Positions 1-8,877 of a stretch of 41,825 nt of DNA are shown one piece after another. Location: the IMG/VR virus record IMGVR_UViG_3300032318_001106, positions 1-41,825 of that record. The stretch is one strand, 5' to 3'. Each line of letters opens with the position of its first letter. Position 1 is the first letter of the stretch. Below the pieces are notes generated by a model, which saw only the letters and a program-made list of their open reading frames with translations, was not told the DNA's origin and did no database searches. The stretch comes from a virus. Lineage: Duplodnaviria; Caudoviricetes. The position numbers and the translations under genes are program-made.

Positions 1-915
1 ATTCTGCGTAATCGTGAGTTCTGTAATCTAACAGAAGTTGTTATTCGTGGTGATGACAATATCGAAACCCTAAAAGAAAAGGTACGTAATGCAACCATAC
101 TCGGAGTTTTTCAATCTACTCTTGTCAACTTCAAATACTTATCCAAGAAGTGGAAAGAGAACTGTGAAGAAGAGCGTCTTCTCGGTGTTTCGCTCACTGG
201 CATCATGGATAACGAGTTTACGAACGGCTTACGCGGCAAAGAAACGCTGAAGAATGTTCTAAACGAACTTCGCACCGTTGCTCAAGATACTGCTAAGGAA
301 TGGGCAAACAAGATTGGCATTCCTGTATCTGCTGCTATCACTTGCGTTAAGCCTTCTGGTACTGTATCTCAGTTGACTGACGCAGCTTCTGGTATTCATG
401 CTCGTCACTCGCCATACTACATTCGTACTGTTCGTGCTGACAAGAAGGACCCTCTTGCAAAGATGATGGTTGAGATGGGCTTTCCTGTCGAAGATGATGT
501 CATGAAGCCTGATCATACATATGTGTTCTCGTTTCCAATCAAGTCACCTGATCATGCAGTCTTTCGTTCAAGCATGACAGCCATCGAACAACTTGAGCTT
601 TGGCTGACATATCAGCGTGAATGGTGTGAGCATAAGCCTTCGATCACTGTCTCTGTTAAGGAACATGAGTGGCCTGAAGTTGGTGCATGGGTTTGGAAGT
701 ATTTTTCTGAAATGAGTGGTGTATCATTCTTGCCTTTCAGCGAACATACATATCAGCAGGCACCATATCAAGACTGTGATCGTGAAACATACAAATCTTT
801 TCTCACAAAGATGCCAAAGAATATTGATTGGACAAAGTTGGCTGAGTATGAGAAGCAAGATATGACAATTGGATCGCAGGAATTGGCGTGTGTAGCAGGA
901 GGATGCGAAATCTAA
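1..915 (+). CDS. nrdJ: Class II (B12-dependent) ribonucleotide reductase, 5'-truncated
   Basis: Frame 1 is open from base 1 (ILRNREFCNLTEVV, ERLLGVSLTG, TCVKPSGTVS). It ends in the redox-active tail ACVAGGCEI. Confidence 0.93.
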   Translation: MLRNREFCNLTEVVIRGDDNIETLKEKVRNATILGVFQSTLVNFKYLSKKWKENCEEERLLGVSLTGIMDNEFTNGLRGKETLKNVLNELRTVAQDTAKEWANKIGIPVSAAITCVKPSGTVSQLTDAASGIHARHSPYYIRTVRADKKDPLAKMMVEMGFPVEDDVMKPDHTYVFSFPIKSPDHAVFRSSMTAIEQLELWLTYQREWCEHKPSITVSVKEHEWPEVGAWVWKYFSEMSGVSFLPFSEHTYQQAPYQDCDRETYKSFLTKMPKNIDWTKLAEYEKQDMTIGSQELACVAGGCEI

Positions 916-1076
916 TGTCAAAAGAAGTAGAAAATAAGACATGTTCGTGTTGTGAATCAGAGTATCGCTTAGTTTATACACTAGGCGATACATCTGGTTA
1001 TCCAAAGTTCTGTCCGTTCTGTGGTGCTGATGCATATGATGAGGAAGATAAAGAACATGACAGAGACGAAGACTAA
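915..1076 (+). CDS. Small zinc-ribbon protein
   Basis: ATG overlaps the nrdJ stop; CSCC...CPFCG; acidic tail. Confidence 0.7.
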   Translation: MSKEVENKTCSCCESEYRLVYTLGDTSGYPKFCPFCGADAYDEEDKEHDRDED

Positions 1077-1788
1077 TCATTCAATATCTTTTGTTATACC
1101 CTGTTATAACGAAGAGAAATACATCGAAGCTTGCGTCACATCTATACGAAATGACGCAAGCAAACTAAACGTACCATACGAGATTATAGTAGTTGATAAC
1201 AATTCAACTGATCAGACATATGATATAGCAGCTAGTCTTGGTGTTCGAGTTATTCGAGAAACAAGAAAGGGTGTTGTATTTGCTCGTCAAACTGGTTATG
1301 AAAATGCAAAATACAATTTGATTGCAAATATTGATGCCGACTCTACTATACCATCTGGTTGGACATCGACAGCATTGAGAAACATAGATAAAGATGATGT
1401 AGTTGCTGTCACAGGTCCTCTGATATACACTGATGGTTCTAGATCATTGAGATTTGCAACAAGATTCTACTATTATCTCGCTTGGTTAAGTATTCATCTT
1501 GTAGGTGTGTTTCTACAGGGTGGAAACTGTATGATCAAGAAAAGTTGTTTAGATGAAATGAATGGTTATGATACAACTATAGCTTTCTATGGTGAAGACA
1601 CGATGACAGGTAAAAGACTTTCAGAATTTGGAAAAGTCAAACTTGTAATGAGTCTTAATCTTCATTCTTCAGCTAGAAGATTGCATAGTCAAGGTGTTTT
1701 GAAGACAACATGGTTATATCTCGTGAACTATTTGTATGTGACATTTAAAAGCAAACCACATACTAACGAGTATAAGGACTTCAGATGA
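1057..1788 (+). CDS. Glycosyltransferase family 2
   Basis: SFVIPCYNEE, IIVVDNNSTD, DAD (DxD), GGNC, YGED, SARR motifs. Start placed at ATG 1057. Confidence 0.9.
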   Translation: MTETKTNHSISFVIPCYNEEKYIEACVTSIRNDASKLNVPYEIIVVDNNSTDQTYDIAASLGVRVIRETRKGVVFARQTGYENAKYNLIANIDADSTIPSGWTSTALRNIDKDDVVAVTGPLIYTDGSRSLRFATRFYYYLAWLSIHLVGVFLQGGNCMIKKSCLDEMNGYDTTIAFYGEDTMTGKRLSEFGKVKLVMSLNLHSSARRLHSQGVLKTTWLYLVNYLYVTFKSKPHTNEYKDFR

Positions 1789-2528
1789 AATCTTACAAAA
1801 CAGTATTCATTTCAGACATTCATTTAGGTGCAAGAATGAGTCAAGCGGATCAACTGCTTGACTTTTTTAAAACTTTCGAATGTGAAAAAATGTATCTGGT
1901 TGGTGATATTATCGATTGTTGGGCAATGAGAGGTAAAAGTTATTGGCCACAGCATCATAATGATGTGGTACAAAAGATACTAAGACGTGCAAGAAAAGGT
2001 ACGGAAATCATTTATATACCTGGCAATCATGATGAATTTATGCGTGAGTATTGTGATGCTGAATTCGGACACATCTTACTACAAAGAGAAGCTGTTCATG
2101 TTGGTGTAGATGGCAAGATATATTATGTAACACACGGTGATCAATTTGATGTTGTAACCACAAATGCAAAATGGTTAGCACATCTCGGATCATGGGCATA
2201 TGATGTTAGTATTTTGATCAGTTTGGGATTAAATAAGATTAGACACAATTTAGGCATGTCTTACTGGTCACTTTCTTCTTATCTTAAGCAAACAGTGAAA
2301 GAATCGGTTAACTTTATTGGTAACTATGAAGAAACTCTTTCTGACTATGTGAATAAGAAGGGATATGATGGTATCATATGTGGACACATTCATCATGCTA
2401 ACATAAGAAAGATTGGCAATATAACTTATATCAACTGTGGTGATTGGGTTGAAAGTATGACTGCAATCGTTGAACATCATGATGGTAGATTTGAACTTAT
2501 AGAATGGAAAAAGAAAGATGGAAAATGA
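1785..2528 (+). CDS. PlcP/LpxH2-like metallophosphoesterase (phospholipase C-like)
   Basis: SDIHLG, GDIID, YWPQxHNDVVQK, PGNHD, HGDQFD, CGHIH, NCGDWVES. It has GNHD rather than the GNRD of true LpxH. Confidence 0.85.
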   Translation: MKSYKTVFISDIHLGARMSQADQLLDFFKTFECEKMYLVGDIIDCWAMRGKSYWPQHHNDVVQKILRRARKGTEIIYIPGNHDEFMREYCDAEFGHILLQREAVHVGVDGKIYYVTHGDQFDVVTTNAKWLAHLGSWAYDVSILISLGLNKIRHNLGMSYWSLSSYLKQTVKESVNFIGNYEETLSDYVNKKGYDGIICGHIHHANIRKIGNITYINCGDWVESMTAIVEHHDGRFELIEWKKKDGK

Positions 2529-2727
2529 TGATCAAGAAAAGATTCAAGAAGCATATCGAAAAGGGTTTCTAGATGGATTTCAGACAGCTAAAGATAATCC
2601 ATATCTAACAACTCCTAATGTTTCACTGAATACAACTTGTCACGTATGTATGATTAACTTCAGTTCTGGTGTGTGGGGTTATGTTTGTGGAAATACGAAT
2701 TGCCCTAGAAAGATATCAGCATTGTAA
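2518..2727 (+). CDS. Hypothetical protein with CxxC...CxxxxC
   Basis: ORF track; overlaps the upstream gene. Confidence 0.6.
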   Translation: MENDDQEKIQEAYRKGFLDGFQTAKDNPYLTTPNVSLNTTCHVCMINFSSGVWGYVCGNTNCPRKISAL

Positions 2728-2757
2728 TGTTATACATACTGATGGAGGCACATCAGT

Positions 2758-3171
2758 ATGGAAAATTATGACAATCCGTGGCAGTATCGAGGCAAAGCTA
2801 TTGAGCAAGATGATCTTGACGGTCATCTTGCTTTCGTCTATTGTATAGTGAATCTAAAGACTAAGAGAGCTTATATCGGTAAGAAGCTTCTTCAGAAGAC
2901 TAAGACACGTCAAGTCAAAGGCAAAAAGAAACGCACAAAGATTGAGTCTGACTGGAAAGAATACTATGGTTCAAACAAGGAGCTACAGTCAGATGTTGAA
3001 AAGCTTGGCACGAAACATTTTCGACGTGAGATTCTACATCTATGCAAGACAAAGGGTACTGCCAATTATCTTGAAATGAGAGAACAAATTGACCGTCGAG
3101 TCCTTGAGTCCGAAGACTGGTACAATGACCAAATTTACGTCAGGGTCCATCGTTCCCACATTAAAATTTAA
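2758..3171 (+). CDS. GIY-YIG-family nuclease-like protein
   Basis: FVYCIVN...AYIGKK, ESDWKEYYGS, FRREIL; GGAGG SD upstream. Confidence 0.75.
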   Translation: MENYDNPWQYRGKAIEQDDLDGHLAFVYCIVNLKTKRAYIGKKLLQKTKTRQVKGKKKRTKIESDWKEYYGSNKELQSDVEKLGTKHFRREILHLCKTKGTANYLEMREQIDRRVLESEDWYNDQIYVRVHRSHIKI

Positions 3172-3182
3172 ACTCTCAACAA

Positions 3183-3283
3183 AATCAATGACTTAGGAAA
3201 AGTTGTTTAAAATCAGACACTTAGCCCTGCGACACAATGTCGCACTTTTTTTGGTTGCATCTTTCGGAATTTCAGTGTAAGAT
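3183..3283 (+). promoter_or_regulatory. Sigma70-like early promoter with upstream palindrome and two IHF-consensus sites
   Basis: TTGCAT(3255)-17-TAAGAT(3278); TGCGACA-caa-TGTCGCA 3228-3244; WATCARNNNNTTR matches at 3183 and 3211. Confidence 0.65.
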
Positions 3284-3314
3284 GTAAAAGTAATCGAGAG
3301 ACAGGAGCTTGACT

Positions 3315-4109
3315 ATGGGTATCGTATTCGACCTTTCCAAGCTTGACCGTAAGATCCAAGATCAGATTATGGCTTCGCCTAAGCTGGTTCGCCTCTTCTC
3401 CAGCTTCCCTGATAAGCTTCTCGGTGTGTCTGGTGACGCTAAGACTAGCAAGGGTGAGAAGCTTGGCTTTAAGACTGCCATTCTTTACATGGCCCCGGCC
3501 ATGCAGTCTGGTGAACAATTGTGCCCCATGGCTCAGGTTGCCCAGTGTGACCTTGCTTGCTTGTTTACCGCTGGTCGTGGTGCGATGGCCCCTGTTTTCT
3601 TTTCTCGCCTTCGCAAAGCTTTGTTCTGGCAGCAATATCGTACCAAGTTTCTTGCACTCCTTGCAAAGGAAATTACCAATCTTTACAAACAAAGCATGAA
3701 AGATGGTGACTGGACTTTGCTTGTGCGTCTTAACGGTACTACCGATATTCGCTGGGAAAACTATGGTATCATTGAACAATTTCCGATGATCCAGTTTTAC
3801 GATTACACTAAGATTGCAAATCGCAAGAATATTCTTGCCAACTATGATCTGACGTTTTCCTACAGTGGTGTTGAAGCTTACCAGCCGTATGTGAAGAAAG
3901 CCGTTGCAAACGGTATGCGTGTCGCGGTTGTTTTCCGTACCCGTCAGATTGTAGAAGATATGATCGCTGCTGGTAAGACGTTTCTTGGTCTGAGCCTTGT
4001 TGATGGTGATGATACCGATGTCCGTCACCTTGATCCTCTTGGTTCGGTTGTTGCCCTTTATGCTAAGGGTAAAGCTAAGAAAGATACCACGGGCTTTGTT
4101 GTCGCTTAA
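3315..4109 (+). CDS. Gp88-like (mycobacteriophage L5 gp88 family) Cys-motif protein
   Basis: LCPMAQVAQCDLAC, VRLNGTTDI, QFYDYTK, DGDxxDxRxLD; SD CAGGAG before ATG 3315. Confidence 0.7.
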   Translation: MGIVFDLSKLDRKIQDQIMASPKLVRLFSSFPDKLLGVSGDAKTSKGEKLGFKTAILYMAPAMQSGEQLCPMAQVAQCDLACLFTAGRGAMAPVFFSRLRKALFWQQYRTKFLALLAKEITNLYKQSMKDGDWTLLVRLNGTTDIRWENYGIIEQFPMIQFYDYTKIANRKNILANYDLTFSYSGVEAYQPYVKKAVANGMRVAVVFRTRQIVEDMIAAGKTFLGLSLVDGDDTDVRHLDPLGSVVALYAKGKAKKDTTGFVVA

Positions 4110-4119
4110 GGGGTAAAAT

Positions 4120-4326
4120 ATGCTTGTTCCCTTTGCTGAAATGAAAGCTGCACCCTTCAAGACGTATGAAGACATTCCGCTTCTGACAAAGGAATATATC
4201 GTTTACGTGGCAGGAGAAGCGGAAATAGAAAATATTCCGCTTGACGATATCAATGGCTTTATGCTAATGTTATATGACGCTGAAAAGCGTAAGCGGGAAG
4301 AGTGGGAAGACGGATGGGTTCTCTAA
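4120..4326 (+). CDS. Hypothetical protein
   Basis: ORF track; SD AAGGGG. Confidence 0.65.
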   Translation: MLVPFAEMKAAPFKTYEDIPLLTKEYIVYVAGEAEIENIPLDDINGFMLMLYDAEKRKREEWEDGWVL

Positions 4327-4359
4327 TTTGCTTATCGCTAACACTAGCAAGGTAATCTA

Positions 4360-4740
4360 ATGCTGATTTACACAAACCAATCTTCTGGTCGAAAGCGCAA
4401 GTCCCAATCAAAGCGACTTGCTGCTGCTAAGGTTGAGCACCAGAAGTTTCTTGCATCTGTTGGCTACTATGGCAAGCCCAAACGCAAGTATCACACCAAC
4501 ATGCCTAACTTGAAGGTTGACAATGGATCCGGTGTTGCTCCTCTCTCTGATGCAATTCCTGCAAATGGCTTCAAGCGTTCGGTTGATGACTGGCGTTGGA
4601 AGCGTGACCGTGTTGAGACTGCTGAAACAGTAAAAGAGATTGAACGTAAGAAGAAGCGTATCGCACCCGCCTTCAACAAGGGTGCTACTCAATACATCAC
4701 CGACGGTGCTGATCCGTCCACGCTCGGAAGAAAAGTGTGA
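4360..4740 (+). CDS. Basic hypothetical protein
   Basis: SD AAGG; C-terminal IAPAFNKGxxQYI segment of a type seen in T4-like phages. Confidence 0.7.
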   Translation: MLIYTNQSSGRKRKSQSKRLAAAKVEHQKFLASVGYYGKPKRKYHTNMPNLKVDNGSGVAPLSDAIPANGFKRSVDDWRWKRDRVETAETVKEIERKKKRIAPAFNKGATQYITDGADPSTLGRKV

Positions 4741-4847
4741 ATATCTTCAAAAGACTATGGTGTTACCTCTTGCATCAGAACCAACCTGTAGCGTATAATG
4801 GTAATATCTTCCGTTGTATGAAATGTGGGACAAAATGGAAAAGATGA
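4737..4847 (+). CDS. 36-aa Cys/His micro-protein (not in ORF track)
   Basis: MNIFKRLWCYLLHQ...FRCMKCGTKWKR; GTGA overlap upstream and ATGA overlap downstream. Confidence 0.55.
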   Translation: MNIFKRLWCYLLHQNQPVAYNGNIFRCMKCGTKWKR

Positions 4848-5314
4848 AATCTCAACTCTTTCTCGATTGCGATGGTGTGCTTGCCAATTTCAACAAGCGT
4901 GCTATTGAAATCTGTGGTATGGAACCTCGTCAGTTTGAAGATACTGTAGGAGAACAGAAGTTTTGGGACATGATCTATGGTTCAGATGACTTCTTCTATT
5001 CTCTCGAACCCATGCCAGATGCACACGAACTTGTCGAAGCCGTAAAGCACCTAAATCCTATCATTCTCACTGGTCGACCTCGTGGTGATTGGTCTGTAGG
5101 ACAGAAGCTCCGCTGGCGTGATAAATATTTTCCTGATCTTGAAATGATTGTGTGTAAGTCACAAGATAAGATCAAGCACGCAAAGCCAGGTGATGTGATT
5201 GTTGATGACTGGTTGAAGTGGAAGCACGTTTGGGAAGCTGGTGGTGGTATTTGGATCACTCACACTTCGACTGAGAATAGTATTCGAGAATTGAAGAAGA
5301 TTGGAGTTTTGTAA
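4844..5314 (+). CDS. HAD-family 5'(3')-deoxyribonucleotidase
   Basis: FLDCDGVLANF, ILTG, K, VDD motifs. Start uncertain (4814-4844). Confidence 0.8.
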   Translation: MKSQLFLDCDGVLANFNKRAIEICGMEPRQFEDTVGEQKFWDMIYGSDDFFYSLEPMPDAHELVEAVKHLNPIILTGRPRGDWSVGQKLRWRDKYFPDLEMIVCKSQDKIKHAKPGDVIVDDWLKWKHVWEAGGGIWITHTSTENSIRELKKIGVL

Positions 5315-5694
5315 TGGACTTTTCTGAGTTAGATGATCTTGTTGATAAATGTGATCAAGATACCAAACTTGCTGTTACTCGCTGGGTAATGAAGCATCTT
5401 ATCGAACATGCACAAGAAGGTGGTTCATATCGTTATCTGATTTATAATCGTCTAGGTTTTGGTCCTGAAGCATATGGTCCACTTTGTTGTGATGGTATAA
5501 CCATATCGAATGAATTTGATCTAAAGCTTAAGGATAGCATCATTCAGGCACTGCAAGAAAACGATACAGAGAAAGCAAAACGTGTTCTTGGTTGTTGTGA
5601 TGAACCTGGTTGCTTCAATCATATATATTGCGGCTGGCCATCTCCTGATGGTTATCGGTCCACTTGTAGTACTCACTCAAACTGGAAGTTTTAA
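5314..5694 (+). CDS. Hypothetical protein with C-terminal Cys/His cluster
   Basis: ORF track; TAATG coupling; CCDEPGC...C...C..H. Confidence 0.7.
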   Translation: MDFSELDDLVDKCDQDTKLAVTRWVMKHLIEHAQEGGSYRYLIYNRLGFGPEAYGPLCCDGITISNEFDLKLKDSIIQALQENDTEKAKRVLGCCDEPGCFNHIYCGWPSPDGYRSTCSTHSNWKF

Positions 5695-5696
5695 AA

Positions 5697-5948
5697 ATGT
5701 ATAAGTTGTATACTAAAAACGATTGCCCATGGTGTGTAAAAGCAAAGCGTTTGTTGAAAGATTGCGGAGTTGAATTCGAAGAGCTTAAGCTTGGCATTGA
5801 TTATGAACGAGAGGATTTGAAGAAACTCCTTCCTGAAAATTTACCATTGACAGTACCACAAGTTTTTGTCTATAATAAGCGTATTGGTGGTTATGAGGAC
5901 CTTTCTGAATATCTCGAAGCTAACGGAATAATGGGAATTCAACAATGA
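5697..5948 (+). CDS. nrdC: Glutaredoxin
   Basis: CPWC, TVPQVF, IGGYEDL. Confidence 0.9.
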   Translation: MYKLYTKNDCPWCVKAKRLLKDCGVEFEELKLGIDYEREDLKKLLPENLPLTVPQVFVYNKRIGGYEDLSEYLEANGIMGIQQ

Positions 5949-6229
5949 ACAACACAATGGAAAAGAGCGGGGTAAAGTCAATGCTACAGTCTACGATTGC
6001 TATCGTCGTTTTCGAAAAGGGTGATGGCACTCTACGTACAATGCGTTGCACTCTACTGCCAGATCAACTTCCGGCACCTAAAGAACTAGCTGAAGATGCA
6101 CCAGCACGTAGGGACAATCCAGATGTTCTAGCTGTGTGGGATCTTGATAATGGTGGTTGGCGTTCTTTCAGGCTTGACTCAATCAAGTCAATCACAGTCA
6201 AGCCAATGGAGCACAAGAATGTCGGCTGA
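5945..6229 (+). CDS. SH3-fold WYL_2/DUF2693-like protein
   Basis: FEKGDGTLRTMRCTL...VWDLDNGGWRSFRLDSI. Confidence 0.7.
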   Translation: MNNTMEKSGVKSMLQSTIAIVVFEKGDGTLRTMRCTLLPDQLPAPKELAEDAPARRDNPDVLAVWDLDNGGWRSFRLDSIKSITVKPMEHKNVG

Positions 6230-6500
6230 TGATGGAATCTACATTCTTCAGACATATGGTCCTGAGTTTAGAGTTACATATGCACAGGCCATCGACAACA
6301 TCTTTGGAAAGTTCAATGATGAAACACTGCACTGGGATGGTGATCCAGGTATGATGCAGTCATACTTTGGATCATCTAAGGTTTATTCAAACATTGACGA
6401 AGCATATGATGATGCTGTAGAATTATCAATGAAGTATGAGTATCTGGAAGACGGAGTTTGTTTTCTGACAAACTTTAAGGAGATGAAGTTTCCAGACTAA
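6219..6500 (+). CDS. Hypothetical acidic protein
   Basis: ATG 6219 with GGAG SD; MSADDGIYIL...EYLEDGV. Confidence 0.65.
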   Translation: MSADDGIYILQTYGPEFRVTYAQAIDNIFGKFNDETLHWDGDPGMMQSYFGSSKVYSNIDEAYDDAVELSMKYEYLEDGVCFLTNFKEMKFPD

Positions 6501-6522
6501 ATAACGTATCAGGAGATAAGAT

Positions 6523-7620
6523 ATGGCTAAGAGCATAGCAAAAGTTCGAGGCAAATTTACCGATGAGAAGTACACTGGTCCAGAACCAGTTATGAATGAG
6601 AACTCAACTCTTATGGAAGAGGCTGCGTTCTACAATTGGTACAACTATTACTATTCAAATGAAGATGCCAAGAACTTTGCTATTGCTTATCTAAAGCTTA
6701 TCAAGTTTAATAAGACTAAGATTAAGAAGATTTCAAACGCACCCGCTGACAAGCTACGTCACGTCGGGTTTATGTGTCGTTCCCTAATGCAAGACTCAGT
6801 TCTTCCCAAAAGGATGCAAGACAGCCTTTGGAAGAAAGTGAACGACATTGCTGCCACGACTGAAGCTGCTGAAGAAGTTGTTGAAGAAGTAAAAGTCGTT
6901 TCTATCAAAGAAAGAGTGAACAACAAAGCTGAAAGTCTGATTGCCAATATTGAAGACTTGCTCGATGAGTACTATACGACTGGCAAGACATATGACTTCA
7001 CAAAGTGGTTTCGTGACAATGCAATCAAGCCACAGATTGCTCAGAAGATCGCAGACTATTATCGTCCACTATATTCTGAAATCTTTGATGCATACAACGG
7101 TAAAGACAAACAACTTGTTGAAGGTTATAGTCAATGGAAAAAGACTAAGCTGAAGCACTACCTTCAATATATGAAAGATTTGATCTCTGCCGCTGAACAG
7201 TTCTCACAGATCGTAAAGCAAACGAGAAAGCCTCGAAAGAAGAAAGTTAAGCCTGCATCTCAGATTGTATCTAAAGTTGTGTTCAAAGCTGAAGATACTG
7301 AACTAAATATCAAGAGTGTTCAACCAACTGAGATTGTTGGTTCACAACAGCTCTGGACTTTCAACACGAAATATCGGACACTTACTGTATACAATGCAAT
7401 GGGTCCGTCTGGTCTTTCTGTGAAGGGTACAACACTAACTGGCTTCGATGATAAGACTTCGATTGTTAAAACACTAAGAAAGCCTAATGATCAATTGAAA
7501 GCACTCTCATCTGCTGGTAAAGTTCAACTCAGAAAGTTCATGGACAATATCAAGGCTGTTGCAAAGCAAGCTAACGGTCGAATCAACAAAGAGACTGTTC
7601 TCGTAAAGGTTATCAAATGA
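6523..7620 (+). CDS. Conserved T4-like hypothetical protein upstream of rnh
   Basis: 365-aa ORF; SD AGGAG; CTAAATA late-promoter-like box at 6497. Confidence 0.75.
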   Translation: MAKSIAKVRGKFTDEKYTGPEPVMNENSTLMEEAAFYNWYNYYYSNEDAKNFAIAYLKLIKFNKTKIKKISNAPADKLRHVGFMCRSLMQDSVLPKRMQDSLWKKVNDIAATTEAAEEVVEEVKVVSIKERVNNKAESLIANIEDLLDEYYTTGKTYDFTKWFRDNAIKPQIAQKIADYYRPLYSEIFDAYNGKDKQLVEGYSQWKKTKLKHYLQYMKDLISAAEQFSQIVKQTRKPRKKKVKPASQIVSKVVFKAEDTELNIKSVQPTEIVGSQQLWTFNTKYRTLTVYNAMGPSGLSVKGTTLTGFDDKTSIVKTLRKPNDQLKALSSAGKVQLRKFMDNIKAVAKQANGRINKETVLVKVIK

Positions 7621-7973
7621 CAAAGAATATTGTGGAATTTCCAAAGAGTAAGATTGTACGTGAAGTAAACAATGATGAAGTGATTAATGAAGCTAAGGCA
7701 AGAAGCCGATCATCATATGCTGAAAACTTAGCAGACGATCTTGTTTCTACTCTTCTTCAAGAAATGGAAGATTTAGGTATCGACACATCAACACCTGAGT
7801 TTATCAAAGACTTCAGTTTGACTGTTGACTCTCTAAGGGCAACAGTGTATCGTACATTTGATGTTGAACACCACCTTCATGAGTTTATTGATAAGAGTGT
7901 AAAGATGATCCATAAGGACACTGGAGAACCATATGTCCTCGATGAATCTGAAACTATTGACACTGAGAAGTAA
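7617..7973 (+). CDS. Hypothetical protein
   Basis: ATGA overlap; N-terminal NIVEFP. Confidence 0.7.
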   Translation: MTKNIVEFPKSKIVREVNNDEVINEAKARSRSSYAENLADDLVSTLLQEMEDLGIDTSTPEFIKDFSLTVDSLRATVYRTFDVEHHLHEFIDKSVKMIHKDTGEPYVLDESETIDTEK

Positions 7974-7985
7974 TCGTTGTATAAT
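7957..7985 (+). promoter_or_regulatory. Consensus sigma70 promoter for rnh
   Basis: TTGACA-17-TATAAT. Confidence 0.8.
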
Positions 7986-8013
7986 CTTTAACAATGATTA
8001 ATAGTGAGGAATT

Positions 8014-8868
8014 ATGTCAATCCTAGTGGACTTAAATCAGGTGTTGATTTCCAATCTTATGAAACAGATTGCGACAACTCCTAAGAGTGATCTAGACGAG
8101 AATCTTATTCGTCATATGGTTCTCAATAGCTTGCGTTCTTATGCAAAGCAATTCAAGAGTCAGTATGGTGATATCATCATTGCATGTGACTCAAAGAAAT
8201 ACTGGCGTCGTGAAATCTTTCCCTTCTATAAGGCACATCGTAAGAAGGACCGTGAAAACTCCGGTCTCAATTGGCACCTTATCTTTGAAACTCTCAACAA
8301 GATTCGAGACGAACTCAAGCTGTATTTTCCATACAGGGTTCTTGAGGTTGAGGGTGCTGAGGCTGACGACATTATTGCCGTACTGACTGCTCGAATGTCA
8401 CCGAATGAGAACATTCTCATTTTGTCGTCGGACAAAGACTTCGTTCAACTTCAGAAGTATCCAAACGTATTTCAGTATTCACCAATTCTAAAGCGATTTG
8501 TGACGACTGCTGATCCACAACAGTTCATCAAAGAACATATTCTTCGTGGTGACCGTGGTGACGGCATTCCAAACTTTCTGTCACCAGACAATACGTTTGC
8601 TCTTGGTGAACGTCAGAAGGTAATCAGCAAGAAGAAGTTGGTTGAATGGGTCAACAGTGATCCCAAAGAGTTTTGCATTACTGATACAATGATGAGGGGT
8701 TACAAGAGAAATCAACTACTCGTTGACCTTGATTGTGTGCCTGAGAACATCAAAGAGAACATTGTAAAAGTGTTTGAAGAAACAAAGCCAGGCACAAAGC
8801 AGAAGATGCTAAACTACTTTATTCAGAACAGAATGAAGTATCTAATCGAAGTTATCGATGAGTTTTAA
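8014..8868 (+). CDS. rnh: T4-type RNase H (5'-3' flap exonuclease)
   Basis: ILVDLNQ, YWRREIFPFYKAHR, EADDII, SSDKDFVQL, GDRGDGIPN. Confidence 0.93.
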   Translation: MSILVDLNQVLISNLMKQIATTPKSDLDENLIRHMVLNSLRSYAKQFKSQYGDIIIACDSKKYWRREIFPFYKAHRKKDRENSGLNWHLIFETLNKIRDELKLYFPYRVLEVEGAEADDIIAVLTARMSPNENILILSSDKDFVQLQKYPNVFQYSPILKRFVTTADPQQFIKEHILRGDRGDGIPNFLSPDNTFALGERQKVISKKKLVEWVNSDPKEFCITDTMMRGYKRNQLLVDLDCVPENIKENIVKVFEETKPGTKQKMLNYFIQNRMKYLIEVIDEF

Positions 8869-8877
8869 GGAAACAAA

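Noticed and set aside
3213-4175. 320-aa minus-strand ORF
   Set aside because: It is the antisense shadow of the Gp88-like gene, which has the promoter, SD and motifs; the shadow has no recognisable features.
4770-4799. TTGCAT-18-TATAAT promoter-like match
   Set aside because: The spacer is 18 bp and it lies inside a well-coupled micro-ORF; it may be real but cannot be supported.
7988-8001. Possible CtrA box
   Set aside because: The spacing is TTAA-N6-TTAA, not the required N7.
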